Of a stretch of DNA of 64,000 nt, positions 10,475 to 19,225 are shown in pieces (positions within the stretch are counted from its first letter, which is position 1; each line of letters opens with the position of its first letter). Source of the DNA: an uncultured Spirochaetia bacterium (GTDB lineage Bacteria > Spirochaetota > Spirochaetia > JABEVK01); contig CALGPJ010000009.1 of the NCBI GenBank assembly GCA_937960645.1, positions 4,522 to 68,521 of the forward strand. Direction: 5' to 3'. A model generated the notes under the pieces. That model worked only from the letters and a program-made list of their open reading frames with translations, ran no database searches and was not told where the DNA came from. Position numbers and translations under genes: made by a program.

Positions 10475-10513
10475 TGGTGTATATTATAGTGAAAACCTGG
10501 AGGAGGTTCCTGC

Positions 10514-11167
10514 TTGCTGTATGCTTTGCCCCGGTCTTTGGGGCTGATTTTTACGTTCTTACTGGTGGCTCCCCTGCCCGCGCAGGAATCCCTCTTTGAA
10601 AGCCTGGTCGATCAGCTTCCACAAGGTAGCGGCCCCCACCTCCTCAGTCTATCCCAGGTCGAGCAGCTGTTGGAAATCGGCGCCCAAAAACGTTGGAATG
10701 TGTTCGATCTTCTCAACGAGGGGATCCCTTATCTCATTGCCCGGCAGAAACGGGTCCGGGTTCTGGGCGCGGACCTCAGAAGCGCCGCCAAAATCTACAA
10801 GCTGGGCGATACCCGGGTCGACGCCGTTCTGCCCCTGCCAAAAATTGTCGAGATCCAGATCGGCTACCCCTTGAACGCTCAAAGCGGGGCGGCCGATATC
10901 GTCCTCAGTGAACCCCACACCCAATTTTTGGAATTGGGCGAGTTCAGCCTGCAGACCCGGTACGGCTTCCGACAGGTGCGCGGCCGCTCCCTCGCCGATG
11001 CCTACGGGATTGCGGTCCGCAATGGCCTCTTCTCTTTCGAAATGAGCCACATCGAGAGGGTGCCCGACCCCACTGGCGGTAACAACCCCAACTTCATCGC
11101 CATTCACCTGCACCTCTTCTTCCGCCCCAAACGCTGGCACATCGATCCGATTAGAAAAATCTCCTAG
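10514..11167 (+). CDS. hypothetical secreted protein (signal peptide)
   Basis: TTG start with GGAGGAGG upstream; N-terminal hydrophobic signal-like segment; no recognisable domain. Confidence 0.45.
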   Translation: MLYALPRSLGLIFTFLLVAPLPAQESLFESLVDQLPQGSGPHLLSLSQVEQLLEIGAQKRWNVFDLLNEGIPYLIARQKRVRVLGADLRSAAKIYKLGDTRVDAVLPLPKIVEIQIGYPLNAQSGAADIVLSEPHTQFLELGEFSLQTRYGFRQVRGRSLADAYGIAVRNGLFSFEMSHIERVPDPTGGNNPNFIAIHLHLFFRPKRWHIDPIRKIS

Positions 11168-11187
11168 GGCTGTGCTATAGTTAACCC

Positions 11188-12561
11188 ATGACGAACCTGA
11201 TTCTTTGTGGAGGAGCCGGAACCCGGCTTTGGCCCATCAGCCGCAGCTCCGTCCCCAAGCAGTACTTCCAGCTTTTTGGGAAGGACAGCCTTTTTCAGCG
11301 CACCGTCCGCCGCAACAAAAAGCTCTGCCACGACTTTTTTATCGCCTCCAGCCTGGACACGGCCTTCATTGCCGAACAGCAGCTCGAAGTGGAGGGGGTG
11401 ACAACCTGTCGCTTCCTGTTGGAGCCGACGGGCCGGAACACCGCCCCGGCCCTGACCCTGGCCGCCCTGGCCTCGGACCCCGACACCATCTTCCTGGTGA
11501 CTCCCAGCGATCATGTGATCAACGACGAGGAGGCCCTGGCCCGGGCAGTTCAACGCGCCGAGGAGCTGGCCCGTCAGGATTATCTGGTCACCTTTGGCAT
11601 TCACCCCGAGTACCCGGAAACAGGGTTTGGCTACATCGAAGCAAGCGGCGAGGAGGTGTTGAGTTTTCGAGAAAAGCCCGACCGGGAAACGGCCGAGGGC
11701 TACCTTCGGGCGGGGAATTATTTCTGGAACAGCGGGATGTTCTGTTACCGCGGCCGTGTCCTCCTCGAGGAAATGGAAAAGCACGCCCCCAAGGTACTGG
11801 AGCATTCCCGTTTGGCCCTCCAGGGCCTATCAGGAAACAAAATCACCCCCAGCATGGAAAACATGGAGCGCATCCCCAGCATCAGCATCGACTACGCGGT
11901 GATGGAGAAAAGCCACCTTATCCGAGTGGTGCCTGTCAGCATGGGATGGAGCGACCTGGGCAGCTTCGACGGCATCTGGGAGCAGGGAAAGCAAGACCCC
12001 CTGGGCAACGTCTTCCTCGGCTCACGCGCACCGGAAACCTTCTCGTCCTCCAACAACCTGGTGATCAGCGCCGAGCGTGACATTGCCCTGGTGGATGTGG
12101 ACAACCTCCTGGTGGTGGACACCGCGGATGCCCTCTTGCTCTGCTCTCGAGGGAACAGCCAGAAGGTCCGAGAGGTGGTCCAGTCCTACCGGCAAAAGAA
12201 TCCCGCCCTCCTGGAAAACCATGTCACCGTTCCGCGGCCCTGGGGGCAGTTCACCGTCCTTCTGGACACAGCTAGCTTCAAGGTCAAACGGATCGACGTG
12301 ATCCCGGGACGGAGGCTGAGCCTGCAGAAACACCGCCACCGGGAAGAGCACTGGACCGTGGTGGAGGGCAAGGCCAAGGTCACCATCGGCCAAAACGTGA
12401 TCGAACTCAGCCGCGGCGGCCGAGCCTTCATCCCGCGTGGCGAGGTGCACCGATTGGAAAACATCGGGCCGGACTTGCTTTCCATTGTAGAAGTTCAGAT
12501 CGGCGATTACTTTGGGGAGGACGACATCATCCGCATCGAAGACGATTACAGCCGCCGATAG
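11188..12561 (+). CDS. manC: mannose-1-phosphate guanylyltransferase / mannose-6-phosphate isomerase (bifunctional, cupin C-term)
   Basis: N-term LILCGGAGTRLWPISR nucleotidyltransferase motif; C-terminal cupin (EHWTVVEGKAKV...GEVHRLEN). Confidence 0.85.
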   Translation: MTNLILCGGAGTRLWPISRSSVPKQYFQLFGKDSLFQRTVRRNKKLCHDFFIASSLDTAFIAEQQLEVEGVTTCRFLLEPTGRNTAPALTLAALASDPDTIFLVTPSDHVINDEEALARAVQRAEELARQDYLVTFGIHPEYPETGFGYIEASGEEVLSFREKPDRETAEGYLRAGNYFWNSGMFCYRGRVLLEEMEKHAPKVLEHSRLALQGLSGNKITPSMENMERIPSISIDYAVMEKSHLIRVVPVSMGWSDLGSFDGIWEQGKQDPLGNVFLGSRAPETFSSSNNLVISAERDIALVDVDNLLVVDTADALLLCSRGNSQKVREVVQSYRQKNPALLENHVTVPRPWGQFTVLLDTASFKVKRIDVIPGRRLSLQKHRHREEHWTVVEGKAKVTIGQNVIELSRGGRAFIPRGEVHRLENIGPDLLSIVEVQIGDYFGEDDIIRIEDDYSRR

Positions 12562-12619
12562 CCAGATACGCTTGGCAAAAGAAGGATCGATAAATTATAA
12601 TTTCGAGGAGGTCTTTGAG

Positions 12620-13567
12620 ATGAAAAGTTTCTATTGTTTTGTCTGTCTGCTTCTCGTCACCGCTTGTGGGCCATCTGATCAGGGGGCGGTGTCCCATAAC
12701 GCTTCCTCTCAGGGCCAGGCATCGGAAAGAAGTTCACCCCAAATTCGTGAAGCCGTGGTCGTGCTCCATAACCTGGGCTTCGCTACTCAGGTAGATGCCA
12801 ACAACGTCATCACCAAATGGGGGACTCCGCATCGTATCCTTGAGAAGGTTGTTTTCCTCGAGGAGGAAAAAGAACTCTCCAACAATAACCGCAAGGCACT
12901 CTACGTTAAAATCCGCCGAGCCAGTGGCGATGAGGGCTGGGCTAACAAGAACTACGTCATTCCGGATGCGTTGCCCGCCGTGGTGATCAGCGAGAAAGCC
13001 ACCTTTTACCGCCAGCCAGACAACCTGAATCCGGGAACCCAATACCTCGTTCAAGGTGACCTGATCGCGATCCTGAATGACGCGGTAGCGAACAATTTCG
13101 TGAAGGTGGTTTACGCCAATCCCGTCACTTCCGCACTGATTGCTAACCAATTTTTGAAAGGGGAGACGGTTACCACGACGTCTGAGGACATTGAAGCCGC
13201 CGTGCTTCTCTTCCTCGCCCTTCGGGAGAACAACCGGAACCGTCGAAACGAACTGTTAAAAAACGCTGCCTCGACCCCCTCGAATATATTTTCTGACAAG
13301 ATTCAATCGGAGATCCAAATCTCGGAGGCCGGTTTCAATCAGGAAGTCCTGACCCAAAACAACCAGCTGGAAGTTCTGGCAATGGGCGACGTCTTGAACG
13401 CTCCCATGGATTATGGGGCCGTCGTCGGACGGGTGGAACCAGGGAAAAAGGTTATCGCCTTGCGCAAGCTCACCAAAGATTCTCAGGTTTGGTACCAAAT
13501 CCAGGATCCTTCGGGTTTCATCCTCGCGGACTTTCTATCCCCGCCCGCGGCCGCAACATCCAACTGA
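12620..13567 (+). CDS. hypothetical lipoprotein
   Basis: AGGAGG RBS, MKSFYCFVCLLLVTAC|G lipobox; the longer ORF from 12512 overlaps manC and was trimmed. Confidence 0.55.
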   Translation: MKSFYCFVCLLLVTACGPSDQGAVSHNASSQGQASERSSPQIREAVVVLHNLGFATQVDANNVITKWGTPHRILEKVVFLEEEKELSNNNRKALYVKIRRASGDEGWANKNYVIPDALPAVVISEKATFYRQPDNLNPGTQYLVQGDLIAILNDAVANNFVKVVYANPVTSALIANQFLKGETVTTTSEDIEAAVLLFLALRENNRNRRNELLKNAASTPSNIFSDKIQSEIQISEAGFNQEVLTQNNQLEVLAMGDVLNAPMDYGAVVGRVEPGKKVIALRKLTKDSQVWYQIQDPSGFILADFLSPPAAATSN

Positions 13568-13587
13568 GATCCCGTTCCTGCCAGGAT

Positions 13588-13615
13588 GGGGCAGCTAGGT
13601 CTGCCCCTTTTTTTT
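13588..13615 (+). terminator. rho-independent terminator GGGGCAG-ctaggt-CTGCCCC + T8
   Basis: perfect stem plus 8 T; overlaps 3' end of convergent gene, whose KSKKK tail is encoded by the T-run. Confidence 0.55.
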
Positions 13616-14764
13616 CGATTTTAGCGGGAGGAAACGCCTTCGGAGGCTGGTCAGGGTAAGCGGCTTTTCCAGGGTACCTTCAAACAAGTTCGTATCAACC
13701 GGTTTTGGATCATCACGAGTTTTCAGCAAAAAAAGCTTGACACCCGTCTTTTTTTCTTCGTGGACCCGGCGAAGTGTTTTGGCAAGCTCGGCGGCACTCA
13801 ACCCCGGCAAGTCATCGTCAATCACGACTATAGTCCCATTCTCAGGCTGGTAATTTTCCAGGAGTTTTTCGCCACTCAGAAACAGCTGTGGCTGCAGATC
13901 GATCTTCGCCAGGAGCTTCTCGAACTGCAACCGGGTGTTGAGGTTGGGCCCAACAAAAACGATTCGCCCCGCCGAGGACTCGCTTGGGGAACTCAATTCC
14001 ACCCTATCGTTGACGATGATCAGCGCCCTGCTCGTGTTTTCGTACGGGATGACGGTCACCTGAAAGGAGGCAAGAGTCCTGTTTTCGGCTCGAGGGCCGT
14101 CGTTTTTGATCTCGACCTTGAATACCTCGGTCGCTGTCCCAGGGGACGTCAAAATGGATTGCAGCTTCTCTCTGTCTTCGTTGCGGATACGATCCAGGAG
14201 CCTGAACCCGAAGACCTGGGCCGGGGATTCCTTTTCCAGAAAGTGGGCCCCGTTTTGATTTGTTTCGATGATATGAAACTTTTCATCGCAAAGAAAGATG
14301 GGGATGGGTGCTGTGGTGAAGATGCTCATCATCAGCTGATATTGGCGCTGAAGACCTTCTTCGGCCAATTTTTCGGTGGTGATGTCCTTGAACGACCCAA
14401 AAATTAGATTCCCGGCACGCCGGGCCGCCACCCGCATGATCGCCGAGAAGCTTTTCGAAGGCTTGAGCCGACATTCCAGTTCGAAAACCCTGTTCGAATC
14501 GGGCAGACTCAGGAAAAAGCGACGGATTCTCTCGTGCTCCTCGTCCCCTAAAAACTCCCGCCACGTGTCGAAGTGCCAAAAATCGTCGGGTTTTTTGTTG
14601 AAAAATCTCTGGACACCGGGCGAAAAGCGCGTCAGCTGCGGGACCCCGTCTTCGAGGGTGACCAAAAACAACCACGAAACTCCGGACTCGGCTGCCTCAA
14701 CCAGGTCGTCCAGGTGCCATTCGGGTGGTTCGAATTCGATTAATTCCTTGACATCCTCGTCCAC
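13595..14764 (-). CDS. PAS-domain signalling protein with C-terminal receiver (REC)-like domain
   Basis: two PAS-like segments, C-terminal IVVIDDDLPGLSAAELAKTLRR...KLFLL resembles a CheY-like REC; GTG start. Confidence 0.55.
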   Translation of the reverse strand: MDEDVKELIEFEPPEWHLDDLVEAAESGVSWLFLVTLEDGVPQLTRFSPGVQRFFNKKPDDFWHFDTWREFLGDEEHERIRRFFLSLPDSNRVFELECRLKPSKSFSAIMRVAARRAGNLIFGSFKDITTEKLAEEGLQRQYQLMMSIFTTAPIPIFLCDEKFHIIETNQNGAHFLEKESPAQVFGFRLLDRIRNEDREKLQSILTSPGTATEVFKVEIKNDGPRAENRTLASFQVTVIPYENTSRALIIVNDRVELSSPSESSAGRIVFVGPNLNTRLQFEKLLAKIDLQPQLFLSGEKLLENYQPENGTIVVIDDDLPGLSAAELAKTLRRVHEEKKTGVKLFLLKTRDDPKPVDTNLFEGTLEKPLTLTSLRRRFLPLKSKKKGQT

Positions 14765-15087
14765 AACTTAGTTTTCGACAAAATTTGATCAATTGTAAAG
14801 CTAACGTAGTGCCTCAGCAATTGTCCCCCAGAATTAACGACTTTTGGGCCAAAAATTAGTAAAAATGTTCGCAAAAGCCACGATCCTCGAACACATTCCC
14901 CAAATAATGGAAACAAATATCGCCCGCAAAAACCCGGAATTTCCCAATTAGGCGAAAACCACAAGCCACATGGGCCCATTTTGTGGCTGACAGGCAAAAC
15001 TTGAGCACAATCAACGCGGCACTAAGTAAAGCTAAAGAGGAAGATTGCAATTGTAGAGAACCTGACAAGGACTTATAATCATTGCAG

Positions 15088-16866
15088 ATGATGAACAATA
15101 ATACCATAAAAGGCGATCTCGTCATTTTTGCCCTGTCCGTGTTCGCGGCCACGATGATAGCCTTCCTGATTCCGCCCATCACTCCCTGGGAATACTTTTG
15201 GAAGGACAGGATCCTGCGCCACACGCGCCTGTCATCGGCTGCTGAATCTGCACCCGAAAACCGCCTCCTCATCGTGGGCATCGACGAAACCTCCTTCGAG
15301 GAGATTCAGCGCCGCTGGCCCTGGCCCCGGGACCTTCTTGCGGAAGGTATCCGCAAAATCGTGGAAGGCCGCCCCGCTCTGATCGCCCTGGATGTAGGAC
15401 TCTGGGACAAAGGATTCTCGCCACGAGAAGACAGAGAGCTGGCCGAGGCCTTGAGTCCGGTCCCCCACGTCCTCCCGATCAAGTTCGGGGTTCAGTACCT
15501 CGAAGGAATGGAGGTCAGCCGACTTTTTCTTCCGCTGAGGGAGTTTCGCCAGGTCAACACCCGCCTGGGCTTCGTGAATCTGGCTCCAGACAGCGACGGA
15601 TTTATTCGAGATCTTCCCCTCACGGAGACCTTCAACGACGAAACCTGGCCCAGCTTTGCCCTGGCCATCGTGCGGGAGGCCTTTCCCGAAGCCCTGGAAC
15701 GCATCCCGCAAAGCAACGTCGTCCCCACGCGCTGGGTAGGACCGCCGGGAAGTATTCCCATGGTCAGTTTTTCCGATGCTCTGTACGGCAACGTTGCGGA
15801 AGGGACCTTTCAAAACAAGGTGGTGCTCATCGGAGCGATGTACCCCGAATCCAAAGACAGCTTTCCCACGGCCTTCTACAATGAAGGAGAGATGTACGGG
15901 GTCGAAGTCCACGCCCAATGGGTCGAAGCCCTGCGCCGTGGGGCCTTTCTGCAAGAGCCGCACTTTTTGGTGCTTTTATCGATGACTCTGCTGATGTTCC
16001 TACTCCTCGGTTCAGCCGTCTTCTTCCTGCCGATTCGTTTTTTCTTCCTGAGTTTAACCGTCGGTCTCGTAATCTACGGCGGCTTCCTGGAGTGGCAAAC
16101 TTACACCGGCGTTCTTTGGGCGGCCACACCCCTGTTGGTGGGTTTCGTCGTGCTGACGCAATCGGCTCTATGGTCTCGGTACCTCAGAGAAATCCGCAAT
16201 CGCCAACGCCTCATCGCCCAGTTTTCCCGCTACGTCTCACCCAAAATCGTCCGGTCGATTTTGGATACCGAACAAGATCTCAAACTGGGAGGCGATCGCA
16301 AACAGGTGGCCATCCTATTTACCGATATCCGCAACTTCACCACGCTCTCGGAGAAATGGCAACCCGAAAAGGTGGTGGAGATGCTGAACCAGTACTTCAA
16401 GGAGATGTGTGATGCCGTGTTCGAATTCGACGGCACGGTCAACAAGTTCATCGGCGATGCCGTGATGGCCCTCTTCAATGCCCCGCTCCATCAAAATGAC
16501 GCCCCGGAAAGGGCTGTTCGCACCGCCCTCTCCATGCGCCGGCGTTTGGGAGCGATGAATTCGATCCGCATCAAAAACGGCGAACAACCCATCGCCATCG
16601 GTGTCGGAATTCATTATGGGGAGGTCATCTCGGGAAACATCGGATCGCCCAACCAGATGGAGTACACGGTGATCGGAGATGCGGTCAACACCGCCAGCCG
16701 CATCGAATCGCTGTGCAAGGAATTAAAATCGGATATACTGATTAGTGACGAGGTGTATCGACACGTCCAAGATCGGCTGGAAGTGGTATCCCATCCGCCT
16801 GTCCAAGTCAAGGGCCGCTCGATTCCGGTTGTCGTGCATTCGGTAAAGGAATGGAGGGGAGGCTGA
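15088..16866 (+). CDS. CHASE2 sensor domain-containing class III adenylate/guanylate cyclase
   Basis: N-term TM + CHASE2-like periplasmic region, 3-4 TM helices, C-terminal cyclase domain (ILFTDIRNFTTLSE...FIGDAVMALFNAP...GIHYGEVISGNIGS...YTVIGDAVNTASRIESL); TATAAT 8 nt upstream of ATG 15088. Confidence 0.8.
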   Translation: MMNNNTIKGDLVIFALSVFAATMIAFLIPPITPWEYFWKDRILRHTRLSSAAESAPENRLLIVGIDETSFEEIQRRWPWPRDLLAEGIRKIVEGRPALIALDVGLWDKGFSPREDRELAEALSPVPHVLPIKFGVQYLEGMEVSRLFLPLREFRQVNTRLGFVNLAPDSDGFIRDLPLTETFNDETWPSFALAIVREAFPEALERIPQSNVVPTRWVGPPGSIPMVSFSDALYGNVAEGTFQNKVVLIGAMYPESKDSFPTAFYNEGEMYGVEVHAQWVEALRRGAFLQEPHFLVLLSMTLLMFLLLGSAVFFLPIRFFFLSLTVGLVIYGGFLEWQTYTGVLWAATPLLVGFVVLTQSALWSRYLREIRNRQRLIAQFSRYVSPKIVRSILDTEQDLKLGGDRKQVAILFTDIRNFTTLSEKWQPEKVVEMLNQYFKEMCDAVFEFDGTVNKFIGDAVMALFNAPLHQNDAPERAVRTALSMRRRLGAMNSIRIKNGEQPIAIGVGIHYGEVISGNIGSPNQMEYTVIGDAVNTASRIESLCKELKSDILISDEVYRHVQDRLEVVSHPPVQVKGRSIPVVVHSVKEWRGG

Positions 16867-16867
16867 G

Positions 16868-17500
16868 ATGAAAGTTCTGGTTTTGCTGATTCTTTGCTCT
16901 CAAATCCCTGCCCAAATGACGCTCTTGTCGCAGGAGGGGCAGGTCTATGTTCGCATCCAGGGGAGCAACGCCTTCCGGCAGGTTCAGCCGGGTGAGGTCC
17001 TGCCTGCTCAGGCAGTGGTGATGACCCGGGACGAGAGCTCTGCCGTTCTGGTTGCGCGTTCGGGCACGGTTCGCAGGCTTCGCCCCAACAGCCGGCTGAC
17101 GGTCCCCGTGGAGCCAAGCGACCAGGATTCGCCCCTGTACACCTCGGCCCTGGCCAAGAGCCAGAGCCGGGAGCGCAGCCGGCTGAGCATGACCCAGGTC
17201 GGGGCCACCCGGGCTCAGGACAACGCGGCTCCCCTGGCGGACACGCCGATGAGTGCCGCACAGCGGCAAAAACTGCAGGAAGCCGAGGTCGGTCTGGAAG
17301 CCTTGGACCTTGACCCCATCTCCCTGGCCCTGGTACGGGGAGCTCTTCGGGAGGAATATGCCCAGTGGGCTTCGGCCGAAAAAATTTACAAGGCGGCCCT
17401 GGCAACTCAGCCCGATCACGCTCTACTGCGGGATAGCCTTGCCGATCTCTACTTCAAACAGGGAAAACTGCGCCTGGCCCAGGAGTTTCGGCGACCATAA
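16868..17500 (+). CDS. FecR-domain protein with C-terminal TPR-like region
   Basis: GQVYVRIQGSNAFRQVQPGEVLPAQAVVMTRDESSAVLV...PNSRLTV fits FecR (PF04773) pattern; start 1 nt after cyclase stop; GGAGG RBS. Confidence 0.6.
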   Translation: MKVLVLLILCSQIPAQMTLLSQEGQVYVRIQGSNAFRQVQPGEVLPAQAVVMTRDESSAVLVARSGTVRRLRPNSRLTVPVEPSDQDSPLYTSALAKSQSRERSRLSMTQVGATRAQDNAAPLADTPMSAAQRQKLQEAEVGLEALDLDPISLALVRGALREEYAQWASAEKIYKAALATQPDHALLRDSLADLYFKQGKLRLAQEFRRP

Positions 17501-17560
17501 CCGGTTTTATTCTTGACTTTACTTTTAAATCAGTCTAAATAATGATCATTGGGGGTGTTG

Positions 17561-19225
17561 ATGTTTCAGGCTAGACACCTGAAGTTCTTGGTTATGGTAC
17601 CCCTTTTTCTGCTGGGACCTCGTACTGAGGGCCAGGAGGGAATGCGCATTGCCCTGGTGGTCGGGGTCAACCGCTACGACCGCCTCTCGCCCCTCAAAGC
17701 CGCCGTCAACGATGCCCAAAACATTGCCGCACACTTCCAATTATCCGGCTATGACCAGGTTTGGACCCTGACCGACAACGCCGAACAGCCCACCGCACGC
17801 GCCAGTATGGTGAACTTCCAGATCATGCTCGAGAATATCGAAAAGTTGGCCCAGACCGAGGCGATCTCCGAGCTCGTGGTGTTCTTCGCCGGCCACGGGG
17901 TTCAGGTGCAGGGCGAAAACTACCTTTGCTTTCCTGAGGCTGACCTCGCCGGCCGACGCGGTATCATCTCGGTGGACCGCGAGCTCATCCCCTGGCTGCG
18001 GCGCGTTCCGTCCCGGCTCTCCCTCACCTTCCTCGATGCCTGCCGCGAGGACCTGGGCCCGACCCGATCGGCTGGGGTTACCCGGGGTCTGGTCCTGCCG
18101 GCCAACATCGGTGGGGAATCTTCCCGCAATATTCTGGTTGCCTACTCGGCCCGACCGGGAGAATACGCCTACGAAAAACCTGACGGGTCGGGAGGCTTCT
18201 TCACCGATGTACTGCTCGAGGCCCTGCGCAAATCGGAAAAGATCAACCTGGGCCAGCTGGTACAGTACCTGCGGAGTCAGCTTCCCCAGCGCACCCAGCA
18301 GGTGTTCGGCAAACTCCAGATCCCCAGCTTCGGCGGCGATTTCGACCTGGACGCCTCGCTGACCAGCACCACCCGAATCAACCGAGCACTGCTCGCCAGC
18401 CTGCGTTTCCGATCCGAGATTCCCGTGAGCGCGGTTTACCTCAACGAGGAAAAGATCCCCATTCAGCCGGATGGGACGGTCGCCCTGAACCCGGGAGACT
18501 ACCTGCTGCGGGCGGTTTCCGGCAACAATTTCTGGGAAGCCAACATTTCGATTAAGGGTACGGGGGCCGTCACGGTCCTGCCAGATTGGAAGCCTGCTGG
18601 AACGCTCGATTTCCATCTGCCCCCGGCGGCCGCATTGGAACTTACGAACACTGGCTCAGGAACCGCCCTCCTGGTGGAGCGCGCCGGGGTGGTGCCCTAC
18701 ATCGAGGCAGGGACCTGGAAGGTCCAAACCGTGGGCAAGGCCTATCTCCCCTGGCAGGGCGAGTTGGTGATCACACCCGGCCAGACCACCCGCCTCAGCC
18801 CCCCGCTCCAGCCAGCTCCCGACCAGGAGCTCACCATTCGCCGGGCCGCCCTTGCCTGGGAACGCGATCGACTGGAGTCCCGCATCCCCGAAGCAGCCCG
18901 CCGGCGGCAGGAGTCGGCCCTCGTCCCCTGGTTGGCCGCTACCGGGGGCATCTCGCTGACCGCAGCGGGGGCCGGCCTATGGGTCTGGAGCGAGCTGGCC
19001 TACGCCGAGTACCAGGCGGCCACCAACAGTTTTGATGCTCAGAGCCGGCGGGAGCTGGTACAGGCCCTCGATATTTGGAAGTGGGTGGGACTGGGATTGG
19101 GCGCAGCCGGACTGGCAGCCTGGGCGGGGTACGAAGTTGCCCATCCCCACCCCGACCGGCTTCAAGACGCCATCCGGCGCCTGGACGAACAATTGAATGC
19201 CCTGGGTCCAAAGGAGGAACCATGA
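17561..19225 (+). CDS. caspase-family (peptidase C14) protein with signal peptide and C-terminal transmembrane segments
   Basis: caspase His/Cys dyad context FFAGHGVQ ... LTFLDACRED; N-terminal signal peptide; two hydrophobic helices near C-terminus. Confidence 0.7.
   Translation: MFQARHLKFLVMVPLFLLGPRTEGQEGMRIALVVGVNRYDRLSPLKAAVNDAQNIAAHFQLSGYDQVWTLTDNAEQPTARASMVNFQIMLENIEKLAQTEAISELVVFFAGHGVQVQGENYLCFPEADLAGRRGIISVDRELIPWLRRVPSRLSLTFLDACREDLGPTRSAGVTRGLVLPANIGGESSRNILVAYSARPGEYAYEKPDGSGGFFTDVLLEALRKSEKINLGQLVQYLRSQLPQRTQQVFGKLQIPSFGGDFDLDASLTSTTRINRALLASLRFRSEIPVSAVYLNEEKIPIQPDGTVALNPGDYLLRAVSGNNFWEANISIKGTGAVTVLPDWKPAGTLDFHLPPAAALELTNTGSGTALLVERAGVVPYIEAGTWKVQTVGKAYLPWQGELVITPGQTTRLSPPLQPAPDQELTIRRAALAWERDRLESRIPEAARRRQESALVPWLAATGGISLTAAGAGLWVWSELAYAEYQAATNSFDAQSRRELVQALDIWKWVGLGLGAAGLAAWAGYEVAHPHPDRLQDAIRRLDEQLNALGPKEEP

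Noticed and set aside
12512-12619. 5' extension of the lipoprotein ORF overlapping manC
   Set aside because: The internal ATG 12620 has an AGGAGG RBS and starts a lipoprotein signal peptide. The extension overlaps the manC C-terminus.
17741-18616. 291-aa minus-strand ORF
   Set aside because: Antisense to the caspase-domain gene, whose His/Cys catalytic motifs support the + frame.
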